From Minutocellus sp. GHC0000111 (Eukaryota): a stretch of 64,000 nucleotides of DNA. Of the stretch, positions 21,334 through 32,674 are shown one piece after another. Each line of letters begins with the position of its first letter. Position 1 is the first letter of the stretch. The position numbers and the translations under genes were made by a program. The DNA lies in contig OZ361258.1 of assembly GCA_977018835.1 (NCBI GenBank), positions 744,001 through 808,000 of the forward strand. The letters run 5' to 3'. Under the pieces are notes generated by a model. It did not search any database. It had not been told where the DNA came from and worked only from the letters and a program-made list of their open reading frames with translations.

Positions 21334-23842
21334 ATGATGGAATCCATCTGCGACGCCAGCGGTCTCATCGAGGACGCCGACGATCTCGTCATCCACTCGG
21401 TGCGGACGGGCGACGGCATCGACGACATGCTGAGCGGCGGCCTCCTCGACGACGATGGCAACCTCGACGACGACGTGATACCGCTCCCCCCGTTGGGTTC
21501 GGGCAGCGGTCACGACGACGGCACCGGCGTTGATCAGGTGTTGGAAAATCTGTCGCTGGTCGACAAGAACAGCAAGGAGGCGGGCGGAGGACAGCAACAA
21601 GCTTCAGCTTCCGGCTCCGGCAATAACAGTAATGCCGAGGGTGGTTCATCCGCGGCGCCTCCCAAATCTCCCGGCGTAATGGGCGGTCTCTGGCCGTTCG
21701 GTCGGAACAACAATAACAACAACAACGCAAACAACAACAACACCAACAGCAGCAACGCCAGTGCGTCCGGTACCCACGGCGGAGACGATCGGTCCGACGC
21801 CGCCCAGTCGGCCCGGTCGGGTGCCACGGGTACCTCGGCCCGGTCCGCCCGATCGACTCGGTCCACCCGCTCCGCCTCCTCGACGACCACCATCCTCACC
21901 CGGAGGGTGGTGAAAAAGTGTCCCAACGGCGACATGTTCTCCGGCCTGTGCGATGCCGTCACCGGGGAGCCCGTCGAGGGCCGGCTGGTCGACGCCAAGA
22001 CCGGCGAGGTGTACGAGGGACCCTTCGTCCGGGGTCGGCGGCACGGGGAGGGCGGACATTCCACCCGACCGACCGACAGTGCCAAGTTCTTCGGGAGCTT
22101 CCGCAATGGCGATCCCTACGAGGGCACCCTCATCACCGAGCACTACACCTACCAGGGACGGCTCCTCATCCCCCAACCGGCCAGCCGGGCGTACATCTTC
22201 CACGGGCCCAAGGGCACCCTCCTTCATCGGAACGGCGACATCTACCAGGGTGGCTTCTCCCATGGGCGGTATCACGGCCGGGGACGGGAACGATCCAGCT
22301 CGGGGCTCAACTACACCGGCCAGTTCCGGAGCGGCAAGTGGCACGGCATCGGAGATCTCATCGTAGAGAGACGGTCCAATGCCGCCGGCAATAGCGATAA
22401 CAAGCATCCCGCATCACAGACTCCCAATCGTAGGGATGGGGACAAGAATGCATCGTCCAATGCCATGTCCGCCCTACCGTTCAACCCCGACGCCTTCCGA
22501 TACACCTACTACGGAGAATGGCAGCACGGAGAGCGGGAGGGCAACGGGTACGAGAAGATTGTCTTTGGCCCGGCCAGGACAGCAGCGGCAGATGGCCACC
22601 CCCTCGGCCAACCGCAGTATCACCTCCTCCCAGGGCGGGGGCGGGTCGACATCATCGGCCGAGGATCGGCTCAAGAGGCGGACCTCCATGTACGAGGGTG
22701 AGTTCCACCGCGATCGGCGACACGGTACCGGCATCCTGGTCGTGCCCGACGGCACTGAGCTCCGGGGGTTCTGGAAGGCCGGTCGGCCCTGTGTCGAGCC
22801 GGAGGAAGGTGAGGGAGTCGAAGACACCTCTGGCCGGAGGAGCCAGCATCGTAGTAGTAGTAGCAAGCACCATCAACATCGTCACAAGAGCAGCCGCCAT
22901 CATCATCACCACCATCATCATCATAATGGAAGCAGCAAGGGCACCAAGTCAGTCGTCTTCTCTACGTCCTGGGAAATCGACTATGCCAACGGCGATCGCT
23001 ACCGAGGCGAAGTGGCGCTAGCACCTCCCCTGTCATCCAGCGGCAACGCCCGCGCCGATGGTATGAAGGAGCATCTGCACATTACCAACAGTCTGGTCGT
23101 TCCCGTCGTCCCACATGGTCGCGGAACCATGATCTATGGCGCCACCGGAGACATCTACGAGGGCAAGTTCCGCCTGGGCAAACGCCATGGCTTTGGGCGG
23201 TGCATCAGCCAGACCACCGGGGAGGAGTTCGACGGCAGTTGGATCGAGGACATTCCTGGTGAAATTGGCGGGCAGCGTACGCACACTTCGAGGCCGCACT
23301 TTGAATCTTCGGTCGCGGCTGAGGATTCTACCAGCGGCAAAGCGAAGGAAGCTGAGCAAACAGGTGATAACTCTGGTGCTGCTGCTGGCTCTACTGAAGA
23401 TACAGACTCTGCCGAGGAAGCCGGAGATCCGCCGCTGTCTGCTAAAGAAATTGCCACCAAGAGCGAGGCTCAGGTACAGCATCCTGCTCCTGCCCCCGGT
23501 GGCATCCTCGGAATCTTTGGCGCGATACGACGAGCCTCGCAACAAAATAATGACCAGGAGGCAAACTCTGAAAAGGAGAAGGTGGCCGGCAAATCACATG
23601 ATGACAAGTCACAAAAGTCCCATGATGACAAGTCAGTCGGCATGGTATCAGCTGCCAGTGACAAGACGCAGACCATGACGAACCGACGGTCGACGGAAAA
23701 ATTGGGACCTCCGGAGTCACCGCTAAGCAACCCCAAACTCAGCCCCGAGGAGCGGACATTGTCGACGGATGCTCTTTCCCTTAACAATGACGAGCGGACT
23801 CTTTCCACCACAGACGACGTATCCGCGGCCTCTGATTCATAA
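21334..23842 (+). CDS. MORN-repeat protein, split across two frames near 22550-22690
   Basis: Repeated YEGxFxxGxRHGxG MORN motifs occur in both ORFs (21292-22701 and 22379-23842). They are joined either by a 70-nt intron (22548-22617) or by a sequence error. Confidence 0.8.
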
Positions 23843-23932
23843 CAAAGGCAAGCTGATGTCACAGTTTGCATTGTGACGAGTCTTCAATATATAATGTATA
23901 TAAATGAATGTTTTGATTTTAATTTCACATGC

Positions 23933-25327
23933 TTAGTCGACTAGTTGCACTACGGCTTGTTTTGTAGACAAAGAAAAGCCAAGATATCGGTATTGCCAGC
24001 CGAAACGCTTGCAGCATTCTCTCCAGGCGCGGAATTCATCTTGTCGCCACGTAGGATGGCCCAAGTATTCATCAAACACGAGGACAGTTCCTGGGACTAT
24101 ACGAGAATGCATCCTCTCCAACACGTCGAGGGTAGAGCTGTACAGATCACAGTCGACATTGGCAAAGGCCAGCGGCTGGTAATTGTTTTCCTCGTCCTCA
24201 CTTTTCAGAGATTCCAAGAATGGAGGGATCGTGTCCTTGAACAAACCTTTGTGCCACGAAACCTTGCCCTCAATGTTCGGGACCGCCCCTCCTGTGGAGT
24301 AAGAACCAGCCGGTTCGTCGCCCCATGCCTGGGGTATACCGGTGAAAGTATCAAATCCATGAATTTCGGTCCCGAGAGGCAAAATTTCCTGAATCATGCG
24401 AGTGGATCTACCAGTAGCCACTCCAAATTCACAAACAAGGCCGTTGTCGTTCCGAATCATGGGCATGGCCGCCTGCAGACCAATCTGCAGCATCGATCTC
24501 GTGCCACGGTGCAGGTTGGCGTCCATCATCTCCTTCCGGGTGTGCCATCGCACGTAGCCCCAGGAATCGACCAGGCACGATACCTTGGCCTCACTCCGTC
24601 GCAGCTGTTCCATCAACGGTTCGGACTCCTCGACCCGTCCCAATCGTTCCAGTGCCACGGCCAGGTGAAATCCCGCCTGAGCACTGGATGGGTTCAACCT
24701 GTACGCCTCGCGGTAGGCCTCGACGGCATCCTCCAAGCTACCACCGCTGGCTTCGATGCTGGTACCGATCCCATCGAACGCAACACTGGAAGGCATGGGG
24801 TCGATGGCGGCTGCATCTTTGTAAAGCCGGGCGGCAGCCTTGGAATCACCCAAGGCATCGTGACTAAGATGGGCCAAACGGATGCACGCATAGGCCAGGA
24901 TGGGGAGGCAGGTGTTGACGTCTCTACCAGTCACGTAGGCAAAGGCGTTGGCTGCTGCCGGCAAAGTCTCGGACTCGTCGTCCGCAACCGATTCATCCTC
25001 TGCCTCCTTCGCAACGTCGTCGAACTGATCGAGGAAGCATTGATAGAGGGTCGCAGCCTCATGAAAACTTTCCGCGGCGGCACGGAACAGGCCGAACCGC
25101 TCGTACTGCATCCCCTGCCGGAAGGATCGGTCGGCCTCACCGACCACCAGGCCGTCGTTGGTGATGATGTCGATGCCGGCGGCTACCGAGAGGGACGTTG
25201 TGGTGGCATGGGAGTATGAGGGTGCCGCTGATGCCGCCGGTGCATATTGATGAGTTGGAAGATGGAACGCGAGGGCGGGTGCCGCCGACAAAGATACAGC
25301 GGTGATCAGTCCAAGAGACAGCCTCAT
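23933..25327 (-). CDS. TPR + TylF/MycF-like SAM-dependent O-methyltransferase, plastid-type presequence
   Basis: Signal peptide ending ALA-F; TPR helices; EFGVATG, HGFDTFTG, KGLFKDT, NVDCDLYSST and VFDEY. Confidence 0.85.
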   Translation of the reverse strand: MRLSLGLITAVSLSAAPALAFHLPTHQYAPAASAAPSYSHATTTSLSVAAGIDIITNDGLVVGEADRSFRQGMQYERFGLFRAAAESFHEAATLYQCFLDQFDDVAKEAEDESVADDESETLPAAANAFAYVTGRDVNTCLPILAYACIRLAHLSHDALGDSKAAARLYKDAAAIDPMPSSVAFDGIGTSIEASGGSLEDAVEAYREAYRLNPSSAQAGFHLAVALERLGRVEESEPLMEQLRRSEAKVSCLVDSWGYVRWHTRKEMMDANLHRGTRSMLQIGLQAAMPMIRNDNGLVCEFGVATGRSTRMIQEILPLGTEIHGFDTFTGIPQAWGDEPAGSYSTGGAVPNIEGKVSWHKGLFKDTIPPFLESLKSEDEENNYQPLAFANVDCDLYSSTLDVLERMHSRIVPGTVLVFDEYLGHPTWRQDEFRAWRECCKRFGWQYRYLGFSLSTKQAVVQLVD

Positions 25328-25520
25328 TTTGGTGATTTATCAACACCGTTTGCGACTGTACTGCGGTCAGAGCAAGTGCGTGTCATCTTTGATGCGTGAT
25401 GAGCTACGCGAAAGCATAAAACACAAAAACCACACAATACCATTTTGTATCTTCCCTTTTTTCCTCGCCGCGCGCCGATTGCCACTTTTGCCAATTGCTT
25501 TTGCCGCAATAATCGCCACC

Positions 25521-26588
25521 ATGAGCCTCCCCAAGGAGTTTGTCGACGCCCACCATCATTTCATCGACACGACATGTGACGTGTACAAGAACTTCCTGGC
25601 CACCATCGCCCCCGACCTGCAGTACCTTCCCGAATCCTACACCAAGGATGTGGTGGAAGATTTGGCCAAGATCGGCGTAACGGTTACCGCCAGCGTTCAC
25701 GTCGAGGCCATGCCCGACAACGGTGCTGCCGAGGCAGCCTACGTGCAGAAATTTGTCGACGACGGCAAGGCTCCGACCGTCAAGGCGATTGTTGGGTCGG
25801 TCGATCTGGCAGCCGACGATGCCGAGGAGCAAATGAAGGCGCTCAAGACTGCCGCACCCGAGGGAGTCGTCAAGGGCGTGCGTTGGATGGTGGACTGCGT
25901 CGGCAAGTTCGACGGCGGCAAATCGGCAACGCACGTCGCAACCAAGCGACATGAGTGTGTGGACTATCTCCGCGGTAGTGACGGCGGATATGATGGCAGC
26001 ACTGTGCCCGCATTTGAAGCGGGATATGCCAAACTTGGAAACCACGGGCTCTCCTTCGATCTGCAGTGTGCACCGGCTCAGCTTGTGGAGGCTGCTAAGT
26101 TGGCTGCACGGCATCCCGATGTGCCGTTGGTGATTGATCACCTCGGTAAGCCTCGAATCATTCTCGGACCGGATATGCTGGGTGAAGGAGATGAGGAGAA
26201 GAAGATCAATCCCAATCTCACTCCAGATGCAAAAGAACTTGAGGTATGGCGTACTGGAATGAAGGCCATGGCGGCCGTTCCACACGTCTGTGTCAAGATT
26301 GGCATGCTTGGTTACATAGTGCCCGGCTGGGTCCGTACTCCCGAGCGAGAGGCCATTGTCAAGGATCTGGTTTTGGAGACTGTAAAGCTCTTCGGACCGG
26401 AGAGGTGCATGGTTGAATCAAACTGGTGGGCCAATGCGGCGGCATCAGATTCAGACTTCTTGAGTGATGCAGCCCCAAGTGCATCTGAGCTAATTCAGAA
26501 GATGTCTTCTTGGTTCTCTGACTTTAGTGACGAGGAAAAGAAGATGCTATTCTCGGGCACAGCCAAGAAATTCTACCGACTGGAGTGA
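25521..26588 (+). CDS. Amidohydrolase-2 family protein (sugar-lactonase-like)
   Basis: DAHHHF, HVEA, GVRW, GLSFDL, IDHLG, FGPERCMVESNW and GTAKKFYRL. Confidence 0.9.
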   Translation: MSLPKEFVDAHHHFIDTTCDVYKNFLATIAPDLQYLPESYTKDVVEDLAKIGVTVTASVHVEAMPDNGAAEAAYVQKFVDDGKAPTVKAIVGSVDLAADDAEEQMKALKTAAPEGVVKGVRWMVDCVGKFDGGKSATHVATKRHECVDYLRGSDGGYDGSTVPAFEAGYAKLGNHGLSFDLQCAPAQLVEAAKLAARHPDVPLVIDHLGKPRIILGPDMLGEGDEEKKINPNLTPDAKELEVWRTGMKAMAAVPHVCVKIGMLGYIVPGWVRTPEREAIVKDLVLETVKLFGPERCMVESNWWANAAASDSDFLSDAAPSASELIQKMSSWFSDFSDEEKKMLFSGTAKKFYRLE

Positions 26589-26966
26589 GAAGATAATACT
26601 GTAGATGAAGAATAGATGAAAGTGCACGAAGCGAAGACCTCTTTCTGCAATAAGAACCGTACGGTTGTAAAAAAAATTGTCTGTCTTTTATTAAAAGTGT
26701 TTTCTATTTATATAACTGCTATTTGCTTGCTATTTTCATATATAATGTAGGAATCTGCATGTAGGTCCTAAACGAACAGACAATTCAAGGTTCGGCCCAA
26801 GGTTGGAACGACGCTATGTACAAAGCCCGGGAAAGCGATTCGGGTAAATGAATCCTGGAAAGTGGGGTGCCCCGTTTGGAGAAAAAGACATGACATTGCA
26901 TTGGCATGTACGAGTAAGAATTATAATGTCTAGCCCAAGCGGTCTCGTATTTTGGAGGTCCTCCTC

Positions 26967-28764
26967 TTAAAGGTCGTCGATTCCAGGGGCCTCGAGGGCG
27001 GTGGAAACGGTCGTTTGTCGTGCCGACATGTCTTGACCCTGCGCCATCTGAGCGGCCTGAGCAGCCTGGATGGCCTGCTGCATAGCCTCGTCGGAGACAG
27101 GTCCAGAAGCAAAGTTGGTATTAGCACCACCAATGGATCCACCGCCATTGCCGGCGGCAATCTGCTGCTGCGCAGCGGCGGCAGCATCATTGTCGCCAAG
27201 CATCAGTGCGTGGAAAAACTTATCTTCCCACGAGTTCTTCATCAGGACCGCGGAGGCGGACGAATCGGTAGACAGGCCGCGGGGCATGCCGACGGAAAGG
27301 CCGCGGCCAATACCGATGGAGGGAAAACGCTGGTTCATTGGCATATTCGAAGAGTCGTTGGTGGCCATGTTCTCGGGGAGAGGGCCAAGATTCTTCTGCT
27401 TGGGATGAGGGGGAAGGGTCGGACCTCCACTGCCTCCCGACATGTTGGAATCGACCGACGGCGATCTACCCGAGCCCTGGGGCATGCCCGGCATCTGATT
27501 CTGCATCATCGGGTTCTGATTCTGCATGGCCTGTTGCCCCGCTGCCTGATTCTGCTGTTGCTGCTGCTCCGTAAGGAAGGGGACGGGATTCCACGACAGC
27601 TCACGCTGGACTCCAGGCTGACCGCCTTGTCCCGAGGACACCGAGACAGAATCCGCCATGGATTGCTGCTGCTGCGGCTGTTGTTGTCCACCAAGTCCGT
27701 CCATGCCGTTTCCGGAGGGGTTGGGCTGGTGTCCAAGGGCAATCATCATCCGTTCCATCTGCCCCAGCATGTTGAGCTCGACGGTACGAAGACGCTCCTC
27801 GAAGTGCGAGTTGATGGAATCGATCTGATTCTCGAGCTGACTAACGCGGCCCTTGAGGGCTTCGATCTCCTTCTGCTGCTCGGCCACCGTGGCGTTTCCA
27901 GAATTGCCACCACGGGTGGAGCGCTGGATCTCCTTGAGCAGATCGCACCGACCACGCTTGAACTTTTCGTTGTAGAACGTAACGTACTTGGCCGTGTCGG
28001 CGTCAAAGTCGGCGTTGCGGATGGGCTTGGCCTGCATCTTGCGAAATCCATAGAAGTTCAGCTGACGGGCAAAGGAAGAGAACTTGTTGTGGTCGAAGTA
28101 CTGAGGGATGATCTCGGCGGCGAAAAGGTCGGGATCCTTGACAACGAACATCTCGCCGTCCTCCGTCCAACCGGCGATGGCGGGATCGCATGTGTCGATC
28201 ATTTTGTAGGTTTCTACGGTTGAGTTTGGGGCGATACGTTATGGGATGTGGGGCACACAGACAAAAAGATATCGAATGAGAAGCATTGCCAAACCATACA
28301 AAACACTGGTGAGATGAGTACCTTGCATGGCAAGAAGTTTCGATATTCCGATATTAGATTGACCGCCGATCCATTGGCACCTTGACACTTGAGAAGCTTC
28401 GACCTGCCGTTGCAAATTAACCTCAACTTTCTTATAATGTTTCGTGCCATACCCAGCCAACCTCAAAAGCCTCTGATGAAACGCCTTGCAAAATCAAAGA
28501 CTCACTCTTGAGAAAGATGGGAATCGCCGTATTGGCCGGGGTGTTGGGATTGCAGGAACCCTCCTGCTGCTTTCCCCCCTTTTTGCCCTTGGTCTTCTTC
28601 TTGTCGGGCTTGGCCGTGGTGGAAACGACCGCCCCAGCCGGTATCTCCTTCTGACCGGCCGATACAGTTCGCATCCGTCTGCGCTTGCCGACCAGCATGT
28701 TGGCAAAGGCTCCCGGTGGTGGCGGGGCGATCGGGGCGTTGGTATCCAATGCGGCACTGCTCAT
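26967..28764 (-). CDS. Heat shock transcription factor (HSF), 2 exons (28764-28506, 28213-26967)
   Basis: Spliced IPIFLK|KTYKMID...FVVKD...QYFDHNKFSSFARQLNFYGFRK DNA-binding domain, followed by a coiled coil and Q-rich tail. GTGAG...TAG intron at the conserved position. Confidence 0.95.
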
Positions 28765-29343
28765 GGTTGGTTGCTTTTTGCTTGTTGAAGGTTTTCGATT
28801 GGAACGGGGATGACAAATTATTTGACTATGTGCTCGAAGTGGTTTCACAACGGTCTAAGAGAAAAGGGTCAGAGGCGGGGATGAAATCTGGCTGGAATCT
28901 GCGGATGAATCAAGGATATCGGAGGGCAACTGGAGCGAGAGAAATATGTTATGCAATAACCGCATCAAGCAAAAAATATCAACTCCGGCCCCCTTGAAAC
29001 GAAGGAACAGTTTGGAACTTCCTCGGGATCAATCCAACATCCGTTGGTAGTGCGAACCATTCTCCTCCCGTGTGTGAGGGCTGCGAACCAAAGGAGGGAA
29101 ATCGAACCTGACGGAATGAAGAGCCGACGATGATGAAGACAAGATAGAAGGTCCGCAACCGTTCCGGAAGCAAGGAAGGATCTTCCAGAAGGAGTAGAAG
29201 ATGAATCGATCTGGCATACACGTGTTCAGATGTGCTCATAGATAAATCAAAGCATTTCGTCAAACTCAAACCAACAATCAATCGTCAAGAAGACAAAACG
29301 AAATATCAAAGCAAAAGCAAAGTAGTAATAATTCAACCTCACA

Positions 29344-30030
29344 ATGAAGACATCTTCCCTTGCAATCTTTTTCGCCGCCGTCACCCTTCCATTTGAATCC
29401 GCCATTGTATCTGCCGCCCCCGGCCTTTTCCGTCAACGCACCCACAACCCACCATCGTGCGAGGATGTGGCCGAGATGAAGAATCAGCGCTCTTCACTCA
29501 TCGAAGTCCTTAATGAGATTTCTGCTGAGAACGAGCTAGCCGCCGCCATTGCTACGTGGGAAGCTGAGAAAAAGAGCCGGCAACAAGAAGATCTAGAAGC
29601 CAACTGCAACGGAGGGCGCATTCGTCATCTTCGAGGAACTCGGGGCCGCCAGCAGAGTAAAGACGGCAATGGTGCCAATTGTGATGACGGAGACTGTGAA
29701 AGGCAGCGTCTCGGTCCACAGATGAATGGAGATGGAGATGGAATGGGCCATAACGGGAGCGGCAGTCTGTTTGGCACCGGTGAATGTGATGGAGAAGGCT
29801 GCAGTCAGCAGCGTGGAGACGGTCAAGGACGAGGCCACGGTGGTTATAGAAAAGGCAGCAATGGCCTCTTAGCAATCTTGCGCAATATATCTTGTGAAGA
29901 CGGAGATATCGAAGATGTTGCCGATGTCTTGGAGGCTATTGATGACCTGGTCAAGAATAATAATCAGCCCGCCATGAGGCTCGATGGGGCCCTCGAAGCT
30001 TTTGTTGGGGAGTGTAATGAGTCTGATTGA
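29344..30030 (+). CDS. Secreted Gly/Cys-rich hypothetical protein
   Basis: Signal peptide MKTSSLAIFFAAVTL, an internal RHLRG motif and two CDxxxC motifs. No recognised domain. Confidence 0.7.
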   Translation: MKTSSLAIFFAAVTLPFESAIVSAAPGLFRQRTHNPPSCEDVAEMKNQRSSLIEVLNEISAENELAAAIATWEAEKKSRQQEDLEANCNGGRIRHLRGTRGRQQSKDGNGANCDDGDCERQRLGPQMNGDGDGMGHNGSGSLFGTGECDGEGCSQQRGDGQGRGHGGYRKGSNGLLAILRNISCEDGDIEDVADVLEAIDDLVKNNNQPAMRLDGALEAFVGECNESD

Positions 30031-30196
30031 AGCAAGCATCGTGGCATGCGAATTAAGAGCACTGAATTTAGATGAATGTAGATGTAGGCATCAGCATATT
30101 CGGTGATAACTTTAGACATTGGGTGGTAATATAGAATCAAGCGATGCAGCTACGAATACATACATTGTGCCGCACTTCCCTGCAGTATGGCCATAT

Positions 30197-30970
30197 CTAC
30201 TTCTTGACTAATTTATAAACTAGTCCTACTGTTTCTTCGCCCGTCTCTTCGTTGGGTCCAACTTCTCTTGCCAAAAGTTCAAAGCTGACATTCCCGATAT
30301 CTTTTACAGCCTCATCCTTCAGTGGTAGATCAATGGATATTATTCTTGCCCCATCTGATAAGTTCTGTGCAAGACACCGCACCAACTTCGCGTGTGTTTC
30401 GTCGTTCGCCCACGTTACAGCATAGGAGAACACGACATCTGCCGACTGAATCGCCTCGAGACCTTCTCCTTCCATGCAATCCGACAGAGTATATTGGCAT
30501 GGTGCAATTGGTGGAGCATCTTGGATGTTTTCAAATTCATATCTCGCGGATATTGCCGCGTCATGCAACGGACTGGATAATTCTACTCCATGGCAGTTGG
30601 CAAACTTTTGTGGGTGCAATAGCGCAGCAGCCAATACCAGCCGACCAGCCCCACTTCCAGCATCGACAAATGTTTCTCCGGGGTTTGGTTCAGCCCACTG
30701 CAGCAGTTTCGAAAAGAACGCTATATCGAATTCTCCGTAGACCATTGAATCTCCCGCGAGCGGTATGCCCTCGGCGGTAAATTTTTGTGTTTGTGATAGC
30801 GCGGCATCGTACGCTATTGATCGGCGATCGGAATATGAGGAAGGTGGATAACATTTGTCTATCGCGGACATTACTTTGTCGGGTGCTGACGGTGCTGATG
30901 CCGAAAATGCAGATGTGAGGGTGGGCATCAGTAGTATTGTCGCCAGAAGAAGTAAGGATAACATTGTCAT
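30197..30970 (-). CDS. DOT1-like class I methyltransferase with plastid-type presequence
   Basis: VYGEF, FVDAGSGAGRLVLAAAL and GVELS motifs; N-terminus MTMLSLLLLATILLMPTLTSA-F. Confidence 0.8.
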   Translation of the reverse strand: MTMLSLLLLATILLMPTLTSAFSASAPSAPDKVMSAIDKCYPPSSYSDRRSIAYDAALSQTQKFTAEGIPLAGDSMVYGEFDIAFFSKLLQWAEPNPGETFVDAGSGAGRLVLAAALLHPQKFANCHGVELSSPLHDAAISARYEFENIQDAPPIAPCQYTLSDCMEGEGLEAIQSADVVFSYAVTWANDETHAKLVRCLAQNLSDGARIISIDLPLKDEAVKDIGNVSFELLAREVGPNEETGEETVGLVYKLVKK

Positions 30971-31744
30971 GGTGTGGGGTTGAAGTGGTGGTTGGGGTAT
31001 GAAGGGGGGTGCTCGTTGGGCTGGGCCGGATTGGACGCAAGTACTACACAAATTGCAAATGCCGCAAAATCAATCCCTGCGTCTCAGGGGTAACTATGTG
31101 CCAAAGAAGAGGAACAAGGGCTGGAGAGCGAGAGTCGGGTGCCTGGGCATATCGCTACTATGCTACTTAGTACCTTAGGTATGGCAGCAACGCAGCAGCA
31201 GCGCAGCAGGCGCAGGGGCGCAGGGGCATGCTCGCATCGGAAAAGCAGGGTGATGGTGCTTTCTGAGTGATGTATCTCGGAAGGTCATTGAAGGGCCAAA
31301 TAAATCATCGAGCGGAGAAATTTTGATGGCGAGAGCGCACACAGATGAACTGCCCACACGACTTGAGGAACGGACACGGCAAGACAGAAATTTCCGCCAG
31401 GAACAAAATGGAGCTCGTCAAATCGCTCGGAAGAACAAATAAAACACTTATTCCATTGCCGGATGGAGCCTAGTCACCGAAAGACATGAAAAGAGGGGTC
31501 ATTGACAGGGAGGTGTCAACGGAGTCGGCCTCGGCGTTCACTCAGCTCGCGTTGAACAGTCATTTACAGTTCCACGCAGATGATTTTCCACACACTTTCG
31601 CGGCATTCGCCTTCCATAATTCACAACTTGCGCTCAAAGTGAAGCAACTCACTTCGCATTCGTCACACCACTACCCATCCCTTGCCACTACGGTCGCCGG
31701 CTACTTCCTACTTTCAAGCAACTTCCCAAATAAATAATATCAAG

Positions 31745-32506
31745 ATGCGTTTCTTCCTCTCTTCCCTCTTCGTCGTCGCTCTCCTCTCCAGCGACTTTAT
31801 CGCCGTCGACGCCAAGCTTCGTGGTGCCCACAAGAAGGTCATTCTTCGCAAGCTTCAGTCTGATGACTCTGACTCTGGTGACGACTCCACTTCCGGCGAT
31901 AGCCCTTCCTCTGTGAGCATTTCTTCTGAGTCTCGTCGCAAACTCTCCGAATCAAGTCCCGCCTCTGAGGAAAGTGAGGAGTCTGACGTGTCTGACGTGA
32001 GCGACGATACGTCCGAGGACTCTGATGAGGACTCATCATTGTCTACTCCTGATCGCAAGCTGTCCATCAGCTCCGGAGATGACTCCGCCTCCGTGAGCGA
32101 CGATACGTCCGAGGACTCTGATGAAGACTCTGATTCTGATGAGGACTCATCATTGTCTACTCCTGATCGCAAGCTGTCCATCAGCTCCGGAGATGACTCC
32201 GCCTCCGTGAGCGACGATACGCCCGAGGACTCTGATGAAGACTCTGATTCTGATGAGGACTCATCATTGTCTACTCCTGATCGCAAGCTGTCCATCAGCT
32301 CCGGAGATGACTCCGCCTCCGTGAGCGACGATACGCCCGAGGACTCTGATGATGACTCGTCGTCTGATAACTCTACTCCTGGTCGCAAGCTCTCCTTGTC
32401 CGATGGGGAGGGTGAAGAGTCCGCCGAGTCCGAGGAGAGCGTCGAGTCTGAGGAGTCCACCTCTGGTGATTCTTCTACTTCTGGCGATGACGGCCGCAAG
32501 AAGTAA
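31745..32506 (+). CDS. Silacidin-like secreted Ser/Asp/Glu-rich polyprotein with six RKL spacers
   Basis: Signal peptide, then six acidic S/D/E-rich segments, each preceded by RKL (RXL-type processing motif). Confidence 0.8.
   Translation: MRFFLSSLFVVALLSSDFIAVDAKLRGAHKKVILRKLQSDDSDSGDDSTSGDSPSSVSISSESRRKLSESSPASEESEESDVSDVSDDTSEDSDEDSSLSTPDRKLSISSGDDSASVSDDTSEDSDEDSDSDEDSSLSTPDRKLSISSGDDSASVSDDTPEDSDEDSDSDEDSSLSTPDRKLSISSGDDSASVSDDTPEDSDDDSSSDNSTPGRKLSLSDGEGEESAESEESVESEESTSGDSSTSGDDGRKK
32054..32383 (+). repeat. Coding tandem repeat, 114-nt (38 aa) period
   Basis: Units start at 32054, 32168 and 32282 (the last one shortened). The first two are nearly identical at nucleotide level. Confidence 0.95.
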
Positions 32507-32674
32507 AACATTGTGACCACGAAGAGTTTAGAGTGCAGCCTTTATTTTAGAGTAAGAATAACACTAGCGAAACTAACGAATAAAGATGTGTAGAATGTCC
32601 TTGATTGAGATGCAAAAATGTAGGAGCTGGGTGATCGCAAAAGTAGACTACTAAGATGAATAAGAAACATCTCA

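Noticed and set aside
31990..32390. CRISPR-like repeat array
   Set aside because: These are in-frame coding tandem repeats without unique spacers, in a eukaryotic gene, with no cas genes nearby.
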